This document shows, one piece after another, positions 24,641 to 39,127 of a stretch of DNA of 64,000 nt. The stretch's first letter is position 1. Each line of letters starts with the position of its first letter. The notes under the pieces are model-generated. The model did no database searches. It worked only from the letters and a program-made list of their open reading frames with translations, and was not told the origin of the DNA. The stretch covers positions 115,880,001 through 115,944,000 of the forward strand of contig CM059431.1 of the NCBI GenBank assembly GCA_030390025.1. Reading direction: 5' to 3'. The DNA comes from Squalus acanthias (lineage: Eukaryota). The position numbers were made by a program, and so were the translations under genes.

Positions 24641-25506
24641 AGATTAACATCATTTTGCATTTTAAAAGCTGAGATAATCCTCGCACCTTCTTTTAACTAC
24701 CTACCACTAAAAATCTTTAATCTATAACAAGCAGACCTGCACTATGACATCAATTATATCTAAAGGAGTGCTTATTACCGACTTGACATTTTAATTTATT
24801 AACACTTTTTTTTTTGTCAACAGCCACCTATGATCCAACAGAGGAGAAGATGTGGGTGTCTCCAAACAACAAAAAAATGATATAAATAAAGGAGTGATAT
24901 CACTGCATTATGCGATTAAATTCCTGAATTTAAATACACTGACAGTAAAGTTTAAATCATGCACTTTTATTGCCTCAACCTTGTTAAAAAGACATATCAT
25001 TAGAAAGAGACATCAATGAATCTCAAAGAAATTGTACTGTAAAAGAAATACTACAAAATTAATTTATGTTATGCAATGCTGCTTTAAATTTATGTACATT
25101 TATGTTTATGTGCTTCTTTTTGGATTAATCATGCTATTAAAAAACCCATAAACACAGCACATTTAGTGAGAATTCATATGTATACAGACTGATGTTATAG
25201 CTTCAGAACTGTGACTGACTGGCAAATATTTTTCTTGACAAGTGTTGTTCACTCTACATGTAAAATCAGCAGGATTTCATTCAGTTTATAATGAGGGTCT
25301 TTAAAAGAGCGGGGTTTTATGCCAAACCTACTATTTACACTCAAATGGCCGGGGGTTTCCGCTCAGTTGTGCTGGTTTTGTCGGCTTAATTCCGCCGAAA
25401 TCGACATAACCAGCGCAAAAGATCTTGAAATTTAAGCGCAAATTACGTTCAGCGCAACTGGAGTTTCCGCGATCTTCTGCGCTAGTTTAAAAAACATCAT
25501 GCTCGA

Positions 25507-26060
25507 AGCAGACTTGGTGCAAGTTAGGACACGGGCAGCTGAGTTTTGGATGAGCTCAAGTTTACATAGGGTAGAAAGTGGGAGGCTGGCCAGAAGTGCG
25601 TTGGAATAGTTGAGCCTAGAGGCAACAAAGGCATGGATGAGGGTTTCAGCAGCGGATGAGCTGAGGCAGGGGTTGAGACGGGCGATGTTATGGAGGTGGA
25701 AATAGGCGGTCTTAGTTATGGCATGGATATGCGGTCGGAAGCTCATTTCAGGGTCAAATATGACACCAAGGTTGCGAACAGTCTGGTTCAGCCTCAGACA
25801 GATGCGAGGGGGATGGAGTCGATGGCTAGGGAATGGAGACTGTGGCAGGGACTGAAGACAATGGCTTCGGTCTTCCTAATATTTAATTGGAGGAAATTTC
25901 TGCTCATCCAGTACTGGATGTCGGACAAGCAGTCTGACAATTTGGAGACAGTGGAGGGGTCGAGCGAAGTAGTGGTGAGGTAGAGCTGGGTGTCGTCAGC
26001 GTACACCGTGTTTTCGGATGATGTCGTCGAGGGGCAGCATGTAGATGAGAAATAGGAGTA
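25507..26060 (-). mobile_element. L2 LINE RT fragment
   Basis: YADDTQLY, LQLNIRKTE, ETLIHAFVASRLNYSNALL, QNSAAR motifs. Confidence 0.88.
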
Positions 26061-26770
26061 TTTCTTTAAGTATACTTTAAGTATTAGCACAGATAAATAA
26101 ATTGGTCTAGAAATTGGTCCACATTTTTCAGGCACTACTCGGTCTACTAAAGCCCTAATACGGTGGGCAGGAAGCTTGCACACATTTCCGTCCAGCCTGC
26201 CATATTGGGTAAGGACAAACAAGAGGCGTCCTTTACACCACCCGAAAGGTAAGTTTTAACCTTTTTACATGCCTTATTGTGGAGCCTGGATGCAGGATTG
26301 TACCTCTGGGGTCCACATTAATTCCGTGGGCCGCTCCCAGCTATAGCTCCACTCCTGATACCCTCCCAGACTCTGCTGAGGATCGGTGAGACCGGTGAGC
26401 GGCCTCTGGCACCGAGACTGGTGGCCGCAGCGCGCACAAATGAGGCCGGCAGACTAATTTGTCGTGGTCTGGCCACAGGGCTCATGAGACACGTGCGGCA
26501 TGAGCAGCACCGGGAGCATGTCCCGATTTGGGTGCGATCCACTTTCTAAGCCTTGAGATTCTGGGACTATCATCACTGCATTCAGGCAGAGTACAAACCG
26601 GGCTGCTGAATCGTTATCCCCCGTTTCTTGCTACCGCCCAAGACAAATTTATTCCCCATTAATTGTGCACTAATATTACAAACAGTAATACCTAGGCTTT
26701 AAACACCTTTTCTGTTCAAAAGAAATATACTACAGAAAATATTTACGTTGAAATTTTTCGATCCTCTTTT

Positions 26771-27518
26771 TGGCACGGATTTTGTGGTCAGCGTCGATGG
26801 CACTCACCGTTCACCTCGCTTACAGCTGCCACAAAGATTTTGCAGGTTTTAGAGTGCAGACTTGACCTAATCCGGCACCTATTTCAGCGTGGTGCTCTCT
26901 ACAGGGGATCTGTGGCGGCTTTAAGCAGGGAAAGAAACAGCGAGGCTCTTCAACCAATCAGATTGAAGAACCCTCACTGCGACACGCAGAGTCTAAACCA
27001 GGAAGTATAAAGCAGGAAATATAAATTAGATTTAAGTGATGTACAGAAAGCAAAATAAAAATTGAAAAATACAGCTGGGATTAAGGGAGAGAGATAAAAG
27101 AGACAGACAGAAAAAGTTAAAAAATAATTATTTTAATTTTAATCTTTTAAAAAGTCTCCAACATTAATTTTCTTCTGAGGGAATGAAACTCCACACTTGT
27201 AAAATTAAAATTCAGGGCTAGAGAGGTTGTTCAGCAGTAATTATCACTTATTACACTGTTAAAAACTTATTTACACCTGAATTCACCAGCCCTAACTTTT
27301 TCAGCCATTTTTAGTGCGGAACTAATGGGTAAGTACTCGAAGCTCACGCCGCTGAATTCATTTCAGTGCCGACTCTATCGGCAAGGACTGCAACAGCACA
27401 CCCTGTGGAGCAGCAGGGTATCTCTGACAGCAACTTCCGGATTTTTACGTCAGATTTTCTCCGTTATAACGGTGAGCGCTGTTAGCCTCACCGTTATTCT
27501 TGTCGCAAAATCTGGCCC
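26771..27518. mobile_element. Harbinger-type MITE with AT-rich core (family C; partial relative at ~37730-38171)
   Basis: Termini ggcacggattttgtg / cgcaaaatctggccc. The 3' half is shared with 37800-38171. Confidence 0.55.
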
Positions 27519-27659
27519 ATTGTGCTTAATTCATTAGTAAAATAAAATAATTCATTGTTATAAAGGCCTAGAAATTGGGCCGCGAGTGAATTCACGACCA
27601 CCCGCGCCTGAATGTTGAGGCCCAAGGCCCAATATTTGGAGAGACTCGGTGAGCACAGG

Positions 27660-27900
27660 GGTGTTGGGCTAATGGGACTTGGTGCGAGTCAAGATACAGG
27701 CAGCAGAATTAGGGTGAGCTGAAATTTACGGAGGGTGGAAGATGGGAGGCCAGCCAGGAGAGCATTGGAATAGTTGAGTCTGGAGGTAACAAAAGCATGG
27801 ATGAGGGTTTCAGCAGCAGGTAGGTGGCAGGGGTGGAGACGAGCGATGCTACCAGGTAGAAATAGGCAGTCTTGGTGATGGAGAAGTTATTGGGTCAGAT
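27660..27900 (-). mobile_element. L2 LINE fragment
   Basis: Homologous to 25560-25740. Confidence 0.7.
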
Positions 27901-28562
27901 GCCCTCCTGGGGTCGTTCCTGGCCTCCTGCCTCCTGCCCCAGCACAAGGGCTGCCAAAAATCATGGTGCTGTGGCCTGCCCTATAACCCCTGCTGAATGG
28001 AGAGTTCACAAGGGTTCTGAGGGCAGACTGAAAATGGAAGTCGGAATTGGTGTTAATGGGACAAATGTTCTTGAGGATAATCCCTGTCAGCAGCCAGAAT
28101 GTCCCAATCTCTGAGGTCTGGCACGTAACTGTAGGCCCAAGAGACCTGTGACTGCACATTACTTTTTCTGACCCTTCCACCAGCGCTATCCCTGCCAGGG
28201 GGCATTGAAGTTGCCCTCGAGCCAGGTAAGTGGCCTGGAACAGGATATCCCAGGACACTTATGCCTGAAAAGGGGCAGGCACACTTCAGGTACACTATTC
28301 CTGTTCAGCACTAGGGATGACTATGGATGAACTGAGCCCATTCTTGCCCTTACTCTACATTCAAACATCCACTCTTTCTCACAGGAATTAATGGATAGAT
28401 ATTAGGAATGTAAACGCTGGCTATTTCCCCCCACCTCTTTCCTAACCCATAGGTGCTGTGACTAATTGTAACACCCTACCTATCCCCCTGGCTGAGTACA
28501 CTAAACTCAACATTTGGCCAAGAATTGAGCCTTGGCCCTTCTGGTCTGTATGGTTCAGTATC

Positions 28563-29010
28563 AAAAGAAAAGAAAGACTTGCATTTATATAGCGCCTTTC
28601 ACAACCACTGGATGTCCCAAAGTGCTTTACAGCCAGTGAAGTACTTTTTGAAGTGAAGTCACTGTTGCAATGTACGAAATAGGGCAGCCAGCTCCCACAA
28701 ACAGCAATGTAATAATGACCAGATAATCTGTTTTGTTATGTTGATTGAGAGGTAAATATTGACCAGGGATAACTCCCCTGCTCTTCTGCTAAATAGTGCC
28801 ATGGGATCTTTCACGTCCACCTGAGAGAGTAGACGGGGCCTCGGTTTAACATCTCATCCGAAAGACGGCACCTCCGACAGTGCAGCACTCCCTCTGCACT
28901 GCACTGGAGTGTCAGCCTAGATTTTTGTGCTCAAGTTTCATGGAGTGGGACTCTGAACCCACAACCTTCTGACTCAGAGGCGAGAGTGCTACCCACTGAG
29001 CCACAGCTGA
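28563..29010 (-). mobile_element. Deu-domain SINE (SacSINE1-like)
   Basis: Co-linear with 9644-10106. Confidence 0.85.
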
Positions 29011-30202
29011 CACTCAGTGCAATGCATCACACCACACAATGCATTGTGTACTAAGACGTCTCAAGCAACATTTTTTTGGAATGCAACTTTTTTTAGTTGT
29101 GGATAGCTTTACTATGGCAAATAAATGGTGGAGAAGTATTAAGCTTCTAACACTGTCGTTTAAATTGGCTGCGGAAACAGTAACGATAAAGTTCTATTCA
29201 CACAAGCCTTATACTGTGTCACCTGGCAGACGGCAGAAGGAAAGTCGCCTTTTGGCATCTTTAAAGGTACAATGACTTTTTTGTTATTCGTTTGTAGCAC
29301 CATAATCACTTTAGGACAAACAGCTGCTAAATTGAGGAAGCACTAAATAGCAGCCATGGGGAAATGAAGGTAATAGCAAGTACTTTAAAGGGGGAAGTGC
29401 GCTATTTTAAAGTAATTATGAGGAAAATCTCAATTTAAATGCTCAAAGACAGATTGAGAGAAAATCACCAGAATATTTTGAATAAAACCGTTCTTTAATT
29501 AATTGAAGCTAATGAAGCAATTTGGGGAACAACTGTGTCTCTGCAAAGATCGCAAAAAGCCTGTCCCTATACTGTATTACTAGATGAAGGGGTTGTTTGG
29601 TATAATCATAGATTTTTAATATTACGGAAGGATACAGGAACAAGTGGAGATAATACAGCTTGGGCTGAGAATGGTGAACTGTTCTTTTCTTGAAAAAAAA
29701 TGAAAATTTTAAATGAGGAGTGTGAATATTAATATCTAACTTTGTTAGACCATAATTGATAGCTGAATAGGCATTATAACTTGCAAGTAATTGTTTTAAA
29801 CTGTAGGGGTTCACCAGGTTAGTCAAGTAGAGCATTGACTTAGTCTGCCATGTATCATAATTAAAATTAAGGGTTTTCAGCTATTACAGTGCCTTAAAGT
29901 AATGTGAAAAAACTGAGACCTGCATTGGGATCCCAGCCTCCTAGATTATTGACCCCAACCTTCCTCTAGGTGGCGTGTTTTATTGACTGAGTCATCAAGC
30001 AAATCATTGGATGGAGGAGAAGGGAGGAAAAATGTGGATTAAAAAGTTCTGCGTGTACCACTACAGGATTATATAAAGTTAGCTCTTTTATAATAGCAAA
30101 TGCAAGCTGACAAGTGTTAATTCTCATTCACTATTATAAATTCAGTATCCCAGGCTTTACATTCGGTTCTGCTGAATCTTAGGTAGTCTGAATAATCAAC
30201 CA

Positions 30203-32035
30203 CAACTTGCATTTAGATAGTGTGTTTAAAGTAGAAAAACGTGCCAAGCCGCTTAATCAAAGATAATGGCCACCGAGCCAAAAAAAGAGATATTAGAAAG
30301 GGCAACCAAAAGCTTGGTCAAAGAGGTGGGTTTTAAGGAGAGTCTTAAAGGAGGAGAGGGAGGTGACGAGTTGTAGAGATTTAGAGAGGAAATTCCAGAG
30401 CGTGGAGCCCAAGGTGACTGAAGCCACAGTCACTAATGTTGGAGTGTAGGGTGGGGGGAGGGGGTGGTGTGGTGTGGGGGTGGATGCAAAAGAGGCCAGA
30501 GTTGAAGGGAAAAAGAGTTTGGGGCGCAATTGTAGGTCTGGAGGATGTCTCAGAAATAAGGAGTGGCACCACAGTCACTGTCACAGAGGATGTAATTTGT
30601 AACTTTGTTTATAGCCGTGTAGGTGCTGCTGCAGAGACGCAAACCTGATTGGAGACAATCAAACATGGAGTTATGGGAACGGTGGCCATGGACTTGGGAG
30701 GTGACAACAAGAGAAAAGGGAGGTTGGAGATGGGGCTGTAGTTTTTAAGGACAGAGGGGTCGAGGGTGTGATTTCTGAGGATGGGAGTTGAAATGGAGGG
30801 GGCCGGTGCCTGAGGAACGGGAACTGCTTACAATATCAACTAGCATGGGAGCCAGGAAGGGAATTTGGGTAGTTTGCAGTTTAATGGGAATTGGGCCAAA
30901 TGAGCAGGAGGTGGCTCTCAGGGACAAGATGAGGTCGAAGAGTGGATAAAGGAAGATAGGAGAGAAACGAGAGAAGGATGCAAGTTCAGGGCTAGGGTGG
31001 GAAGTCTGGTGGGAGGTTTGGTTTGTGGTGCAGGAAGAAGAGGGGGAAGAAGCAGAGGCAGCTGGATGGATGGCCTCAATCTTAGTGATAAGGACGTCTG
31101 AGTTCCTCACACTTGTTGCTGGAGGTGATGGTGGTGGGGGTAGGAAAGAGGGGTTTAAGGAGATAGTTGGCAGTGCAGAAAAGAAACTGTGGGTTATCCA
31201 TGCTCTCCAGGATCATCCTTGAGTACTGGGTGGTTTTCCCATACCGGGGAAACAACTGGGGTGGGAGAGAATAAAGGTTTTGCTGGGAACAACGGCATTA
31301 AAGTATTATGGCAAATGGAAGGCCAAATGCTGGGTAGTTGGGAGTTTAAAGTTCAGCTGTAAGTGACTTGAGGGAGTTTTTTCCTGGGGCTTCCACAGAA
31401 GGAAGTGGGATTGTAAGGGGTAAGGGGATGCAGGTGGTGAGGGATACAAGATAGTGGTTGGAGATAGCCTTGTCACTGATTGAGATCATGGGAGTAAAGA
31501 AGCCATGGGAGATGACAAGGTCAAGTGGATGGTTGTAAATATGCATGGGAGAGTTTAGCTGGAGGGAGAGGTTTAGGAGGAATGGAAGGCAGTAAATTCA
31601 GAAAAGAGAGGACAAGCCAAACAAGGTGGAGGTTGAAATCACCGAAGATGATGAATCGCTCAGTGCAGAGGCTGACAGAAGAAAAGGAGGATATCTTGGG
31701 GAGAAACTTGGAGGGAGGCTTGGGGAGGGCAGTAGACAATAAGGATTTTAAAGGAGAGGTGAGAGGAGTGGGATAAGTTCAGGTGCTTGAAAGAGGAGAA
31801 GGTACCAGATGAATAAGGGCGAGACTAAAGTGATAAGACTGCACCACCTCCACAATAGTTTGGCCAGGTAATGGAAAGTGTAGCCAGGTGGGAGGGCTTT
31901 GGTAAGGGTTAAGGTGTCACTACCCATGAACTAAGTTTCGTTAAAAACCTAGACGACAATGCAATTATCTATAATAAGGTCATGGATGGCAAGGACCTTG
32001 TTTGAAGGTGAATGAACATTCTGGAGGGAAATGTG
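30203..32035 (-). mobile_element. Decayed L2 LINE (APE endonuclease remnants, internal deletion, 3' tail)
   Basis: IFGDFNLH, HPLDLVIS, SLSSFKTLLKTHLFDQAF motifs. Tail ...taaatgcaagttgt matches the Deu-SINE tails. Confidence 0.8.
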
Positions 32036-32673
32036 GACAGGTGCAGTGATTGTTTATCTTCTGGGTACAGTCCAGTGGGGTTGTGGTGGATGGGGTGAGT
32101 GGGATGGGAAGGAGATTGGTGAGGTTAGCCCCCAATAGGTATCCTGTGTGGGAAGATAGACAAGAGAGAAGTTTGGGGCACCTCTACAGATGGAACAAAT
32201 CTAGGTAATAGCTACTACAAACAATAGGATTGCCCTTAGAAATATCTCTAATTTTACAATTGGTAACGATTAAACTGTAAGATATAACAGTGCTTTGCTA
32301 CGTCTCTGCATTCCACTGTGGAATTGGAGGAGAATGTGAATTTTCATTGAGATATCAGCAGAGGGATTAAACACAGGGGAATTGTATTCTGAGAAGGACT
32401 GAGGGAAAACTTGGAAGACAAGTCAACCAGGGCCTTTGGTGTATATCCACTTGTCCCCATTCCAGAAGTAATGTCTGGCCAACCTGTCAATCAGGAAACT
32501 GGGGAGAAAAATAACTATCTATTCAGAAAATGAGAAGTGTAATCATGAGAGGAACTCCAACATACTGCATTTTGGATTGCTGGGACACCAGTTTAGATTT
32601 CTGATCACAACCATGCTGTTGTGGGACGGTATCAAGCAGAGGCCAGGTAAAATAAGAGGACCAGTCATTCTGG

Positions 32674-32857
32674 GGGCAATTTTAACCTAATCCGCCCGTC
32701 GGGAAACTGGTGGATCGGGTGCAACGTTGGTTTCACACCCCGCCTGATTTTACTCTCCATTGAAATAAATGGAGAGTAACATTGGGCGGGGTGTAAAACC
32801 GATGTTCCACCTGATCCTGTGGGGTTCCCGCCCAGCGAGTTAGGTCAAAATGACCCC
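32674..32857. mobile_element. Short MITE (family D; relatives at ~44550-44710 and 46541-46714)
   Basis: TIRs ggggcaattttaaccta / taggtcaaaatgacccc with internal dyad symmetry. Confidence 0.65.
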
Positions 32858-33059
32858 TCTTTGTTGGCCTTATGCACCTTGTATTACAACATGATGTCAG
32901 TGAAGTGCTGGGAACAGACCCTTCAGCCTCTGCTGTTGACCAGAACAGCCATGTGACAGAGAGAGACCACAAAACAAGAAGAAAACAAAGGCCAGAATTG
33001 GACTCCTTCCAGGAGAGGTAACAATAAAATAAAACCTACGTAACTGGAAATTCGAAATT

Positions 33060-33225
33060 GAAACAGAAAATGCTAGAAAAACACAACAGGTCTGACAGCA
33101 TCGAAAAAGGGAAAAAGCAGGTTAACATATTTGCTAGAAGTGGTTCTGACAAAGGAACCTGAAACGTTAGCTTATCTTTTCTCTGCTGACACTCCTGCTG
33201 TATATTTCCTACCTTTTTGTTTTGC
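33060..33225. mobile_element. Degenerate fold-back Penelope-end derivative with an eroded hammerhead
   Basis: Imperfect inverted arms aaacagaaaatgctagaaaa... / ...tttcctacctttttgtttt around ctgacaaagg..ctgaaacgtt. Confidence 0.5.
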
Positions 33226-34099
33226 ATTTATCTCGTCTTCTGATCTCCACTGATACACTGTTCAAAAGAAGGCAAAAAAAAATTGAAAGTTCTTTGTTAA
33301 TAAACTCTAAGAATTTCAAAACAGTTTTGTGTCTTTTTTTTTCAAATTCCCCTGGAACCAATAATATTTGTTTTCTTCAGTGATTTTCTCTGATGTTAAA
33401 TTTTTCCGCATCTTGATGATAACAGAGGTTGACAGTATGGGGGTTACCCTGGGGTGAAGGTAAAGTTCACCCCAAGCTACCCTCTGAATGACCTCTGGCA
33501 ATAGTTGTAAATGGTCAAAATGAGTCATAATAACAAGCTGTGCTCGACAAAAGACCACTTCAGCACATAGAAGAATGGCCTTTATTGGTCTAGGAGATTG
33601 TGCCATTAAAGGACTTGCTGTTCATATGCTAATGCTGCCATGTTTAATTGGCAACAGAATGTCTGAAATAGTATTCTTAAAGAAGTTAAAATAACACTGA
33701 GTGACCTTCAGTAATATGAGAATCCCAAGTAGAAACACAAGAGTGTTAAGTGTTGAAGAAGGCAACAGTAAAGGGTAGATTTTACGAATTTGTGCTCCTG
33801 GCGTGAAATTTTGCACCCCAAAGCTCACATCAGGAATTTAGGTGCAGAGGCCCCGCAGGATTTTCCATCCATTAATTTTAATAGGCAAACAATCCTACAG
33901 GGCACACTGACCTCCACATCAGAATTCCTGATGTACACTCTCGATGTGTGAAGCACCATGCTGGGAGCACAAAGTTTGTAAAATCGACTCTTATATTCAT
34001 TCACATGTAACACGTTTGAGTAAAGCTGAACACTTGCTGGAAAGTTTTTAAATGATATAACTTTGTGAACGTTCTCAGTGGAAGAAATCTCATTTGCTT

Positions 34100-34573
34100 A
34101 CGGTTATTTTACAGCTTAGAAGAGTTACGTGGATAGACTAGAGCAGCTGGGGTTGTTCTCTTTGGAGCAGACAAGGCTAAGAGGAGATTTGATAGATAGA
34201 GGTGTTTAAAATCATGAAGGATTTAGATGGAGTAAATAAAGAGAAACTGTTTCCAATGGCTGAAGGGTCGATAACGAGAGAGCACAGATTTAAGGTGATT
34301 GGCAAAAGAACCAGAGGTGACATGAGGGAAAACTTTTTTACACAACGAGTGGTTAGGATTTGGAATGCACTGCCTGATAGGGTGGTGGAGGCAGATTCAA
34401 TAGTAGCCTTCAAAAGGGAATTCGATAAATATTTGAAGGAGAAAGAATTGCAGGGATATGGGGAAAGGGCGGGGCAGTGGGACTAACTGGATTGCTCTTC
34501 GAAAGAGCCAGCGCAGACTCGATGGGCCGAATGGCCTCCTTCTGTGCTGCACTATTTTATGATTCTATGATTC
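34100..34573 (+). mobile_element. CR1 3' fragment
   Basis: FFTQRVVRIWNALP motif, 3' UTR gatgggccgaatggcct, (ATTCTATG)n tail. Confidence 0.92.
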
Positions 34574-35261
34574 TAACAAGTAAAACTGAGTTTGAGCTCT
34601 CTGTCCTACCCAGAGCTATCCTGTTAAAGCAAGAATTTGCTGGAATGGTGCATTTGGCCACAAATGCCATGAGTTAGACCGTTGTGCGCCCCCATCCTTC
34701 AGTGGTGAATTTACGCCAAAAATTGCTGGTGAACTCATTACAATATGCCACAGCGAGGACAGTGGCGATTTGGGAGTGGCACAGCCAATGGCCAGTGTAT
34801 TGATCCCTTAACAAAAATGGCTAAAAAGTTAAGAAGATGTGACAATCTCCAGATGGGGCAGGGATCCTTAATGCCAGATTCCTGTCAACTTTTGCGCCTG
34901 CCTGATTTACCCCCATGATTTCCAGCAGATTCAAATGAGCTGCTAATGATGCGATCATGTTGTCCAGCCCAATTTCCATCTTATCAGCCTCATTTTCGCC
35001 TCGTGATAATTCTGCCTGCATAAGGCAGGTCCAGTTTCTTGGCACGGGGAAAAAGTGGAAGTAAATTTCAAGAGCCAAAGAAAGATATTTAAAGCTTTAC
35101 AGAAACTGCATGTCTCCACCAGTTTCAGAAATGTTTGTGTTTGCCTTTTGCTCCCGACAAGTACTTTTTTTCCATTTGTTGTGGGGGCTACAATCTCTCC
35201 CTCCACCCGAACCCCCATTTTAGACAGGGTAAAATGGATTTTCTATTATGGATTCCCCTCA

Positions 35262-35858
35262 CATTTACATAGAGTTACATAGAATTTTACAGCACAGGAA
35301 CAGGCCATTCAGCCCAACACATCTATGTCAGTGTTTATGCTCCACATGAGCCTCCTCCCACATTACTTCATCTCAGCCTATCAGCACATCCTTCAATTCC
35401 TTTCTCCCTCATGTGCTTATCTAGCTTCCCCTTAAATGCATAATAGGGTCTACAGCACAGGAACAGGTCATTTGGCCCAATTGGCTGATGCAGCCGTTTA
35501 TGCTGTACACGGGCCTATGCTAATGGCCTCACCCACTCCATGTGGTAGCGAGTTCCACATTCTCACCACACTCTGAGTAAAGAAGTTTCTCCTGAATTCC
35601 TTATTGGATTTATTAGTGACTATCTTATATTTATGGCCCTTAGTTTTGGACTCCCCACAAATAGAAACATCTTCCCTACATCTACCCTATCGAACACCTT
35701 CATAATTTTAAGGACCTCAATCAGGTCACCTCTCAGTCTCCTCTTTTCGAGAGAAAAGAGCCTCAGCCTGTTCAGTCTTTCCTGATAGTTGTATCCTCTC
35801 AGTGCTGATATCATCTTTGTAAATCTTTTTTACACCTTCTCCAGTGTTTCTATATCCT
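35262..35858 (-). mobile_element. CR1 3' fragment with a duplicated 3' UTR segment
   Basis: RLNRLRLFSLEKRRLRGDLIEV; same subfamily as 16975-17368. Confidence 0.85.
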
Positions 35859-35864
35859 AGAATT

Positions 35865-37050
35865 TGCTTCTTGGAAGAGGAGGAGGAGCAGCACAAGGAG
35901 GCCAGGCTGTTGAAGTTGTGCCAACCGTTTGACACTCACCCATTGCAGAGGCTTCACTTTACAAGGGATACTATAGAGTTATGTCACATGCTGGAAAAGG
36001 GCCTACAATCCACCTCCACTGTTTGCAGCACTCTGCTAGTGGGTGTTGAGGCCACCATTGTTGCTTAACATCTATGCCATGGGATCATTCCAGGCTGCCA
36101 CTGGTGACATCTGCAACATAAGCTAGGCACAGATGCAACAAACAAGTCATGAATGCTTTGTCCTCTATATTTCACTGAGTGACAATCCAAGGGGTCATAT
36201 ATGGCACCAAAGTGGCCATACATGCTCCCTTCATCAATGGCGAGATGAATGTTAACATGTAAGGATGCCACTCTTTCAATGTGCAGCTTACTTGTGACCA
36301 GGAGAACGCCATTGTGCGAGTGAATGCTTGCTTCCAAGGCAGCTGCCATATTGCTTCTATTTTCAGGAACTCCACAGTTCCAGCACAATTTACCACAGAA
36401 ATACAGTCTGGTGATCCTCAGAGATTAATGCCTCTAAAGCAATAATTGATAACACCTGTACACTTTCCCAGGATCACAGCTGAGCAGCACTGTAATCAGT
36501 TCCATATAGTGCACACCAAAGGCACGATGAAGGTGAGCTTCTGCGGACAGACTGCAGTAGAGTCCAAAGGTCTCAAAGATTGTGGTGGTGTGCTGTATGC
36601 TACACAAAGAGGTCTCCTCATAGAGACCCCAAGGGATGAATGGCCCCCTGGGAAGCAAGGGTCAATGCAAGAGGAGCAACAGCAGACTGAAGAGCATGTG
36701 GAAGCTAACCCATTGCTGGCTCCTCTAATTGGGAGGGGCTTCTCTTGACTACCACTTCAGGCCATTGCACACATAGTCCTGTGTTCATCCTTTCCCTTCT
36801 CACCACAAACGTACCTACCGATCTACATCTACCAATACTTCTCTGTTTGCATCAACTCTAATGTCACAGTTGCCATTCATGCCACAAGGACACAGACTGC
36901 CCTCAGGGTCTTAGTCGCAGGAGCCTCCACCGCAGATTTGCCCGGACCTGCCATATGCCCCAAGGTGGACTGCAGTGTTACCAAAGTATCCACCATGATG
37001 CTGAACATGCTGGTAGAGGACTCTTCCTCTCGTTCCAAGATCTGCAAGTG
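35865..37050 (+). pseudogene. Highly decayed Harbinger (transposase plus end of the convergent gene)
   Basis: Residual GCHSFNVQLTCDQENAIVRVNACFQGSCHIASIFRNS and GSFQAATGD motifs. Confidence 0.6.
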
Positions 37051-37456
37051 GAAACTCTTGGCCAATTGTCCATAATCTACATTAATCTGACATATTTTAA
37101 TTGCTACTACAAGTGGGGGTAATTCCCTCTTATACATAGAACTAATGGCAAAAAATAATTTAGAGGGGGTATTTCCAGCTTTAATGCTCCTGGCACGTAC
37201 TGGATGCATATATCAGGGGAGTACACTCTGCCAACCCATTCAATTCAATTATTAAACAGAAAGTTGCATGCTGGGGATGCATCATTTCCTAATAAGCACA
37301 ATAAGCTCTTGCCAGGAATAAAACATCTCCCCTCTAGACTTCATGACCAAATGTTACCCATTATGGAGATGAACACAGAACTGATTATTATTCATATATT
37401 TTGCAATTCAGGCCAAATAATTAATTGTGAACATTATATGATACTTTACATTTTGA

Positions 37457-37690
37457 GGCAGCCTTGGTTCAGTGGTAGCAATTCTGCCTCTAAGTCAGAA
37501 GGTTGTGAGTACAAGCTCCAATCCAGACTTGAGCACATAATCTAGGCTGGCACTTCAGTGTAGTACTGACAGAGTGCAGCATTGTTGGAGGTGATATCTT
37601 TCACATGAGATATTAAACCAAAATCCTACCTGCCTGTTCAGGTGAACATAAAAGATCCCATGGAATTATTTGAAGAAGAGCATGGGACTT
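37457..37690 (+). mobile_element. Deu-domain SINE 5' part
   Basis: tRNA head and Deu core matching the other copies. Confidence 0.75.
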
Positions 37691-39127
37691 TGACACGGGG
37701 AGAAGGTAGAAACTGAAATATCATGAACAAACTTTAAACAAATATATATTTTTTAAATTGTAATTTCTATCATAATGGAGATTTTTTACATTGCACAAAC
37801 ATAAAAATTAGCTTTTCAGGGCCAGAACGGTTGTTTAGCAGTTAAAACCCCAGTTATGCCTATTCCAACAATGCTTAACATTTAATGGGCTATGTAATTA
37901 GCAGCGATATTAGTGCGGAAAAGCTCAAGTGTTCATCAGTTCCACTGGTTTCACTGATTGCCAGCTTGGGGGGTGGAGGTGCGGGGTGGGTGTGCGTGGG
38001 GTGGAGGTCCACAGCGCAGTTGTGTCAGAGCAGTGAATGACTGACTGCAACTTCAGGATTTCTGCCTTTAGAGGCGCATGCGCTAAATCCTGAAGTTGCG
38101 GTCAGTTTCAGAGGGATAATGACGGCGAACGCTGACAGTTCACCGTCATTACCCACCGCAACATCCGGGCCACTAACTTATGCATACGTTTGGGACAGTG
38201 TGTGATCTGGAATTTGGAATCTAGGAGAGTAATTGTGAGTTTGGGTGATAGCGTAAAACGGACGATATCAGGTCAGTTGGTAAATTACTTGTAAAAAAAC
38301 CTTTTTATAGTCCACAGTGGAAAAGCAAAATACTGATGTAAGCAATTGAAAAAACAAAATTTTACATTTTTATCAGAGGAACTGACTGGGGGGGGGGGGG
38401 TCTAAACTTGTTACGGCCCATTTTCAGGCGCATAATTGATGGTATGCTTCCGGTGCGCACCCAAACTGGCTTTATAATAATTGGGGTGCGATACGGTGCC
38501 TGTGACTCCTCGGCAAGCTCAGGCTCAGTCTAGTCCCAGGAGGAGGAGGAGGAGAATGGGAGGGGGAGGAGGAGAATGGGAGGGGGGGCCATGCGCTGCT
38601 CAGTTACAGCTCACAGTAGTGCTGCAGAGCTGGGAGGAGCACTCGTGCTCCACCTGGCTCCACATCAAGGTAAGTATGAAAATACTACTTACATTTTTGG
38701 TTAGGCCACTCGTAGACCAGGAAACGCTGAGGTAGCAGGCGCTCATTTCAGGCGCCCACTAGGGCTCCTAAATAAAGGCCAGGCACATGTATAAATCGGG
38801 CGTAGGCTTCCCATTGCTAAATTTGTCATAATTGCACCCATTTTATGCAGCAATGTTGAATTTCTACCCCATTGTGTCTAATTCTAGTTATTAAAGAGTA
38901 CTAAAATATGTGTGCTGTATGATACCTTAATTTATGTTCATTTAGGGTTATAAGAAACCATTGCTATTAACTTGGCATGACCTTAGATAATCTTACCATG
39001 AGTCGTAGCGTGAATTATTGGGTTGAGCAGTAATTACTAAGACTCACCATGTTATAAGTAAAAATGAAGTCATGTGACAGCTGAGACAACAGGTTACCTG
39101 CTGTTCCCCTGGTTCATTGGTAACATT

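Noticed and set aside
24822..24895. Plus-strand terminal exon (TYDPTEEKMWVSPNNKKMI*, then AATAAA)
   Set aside because: Too short, with no supporting upstream plus-strand exons; could arise by chance.
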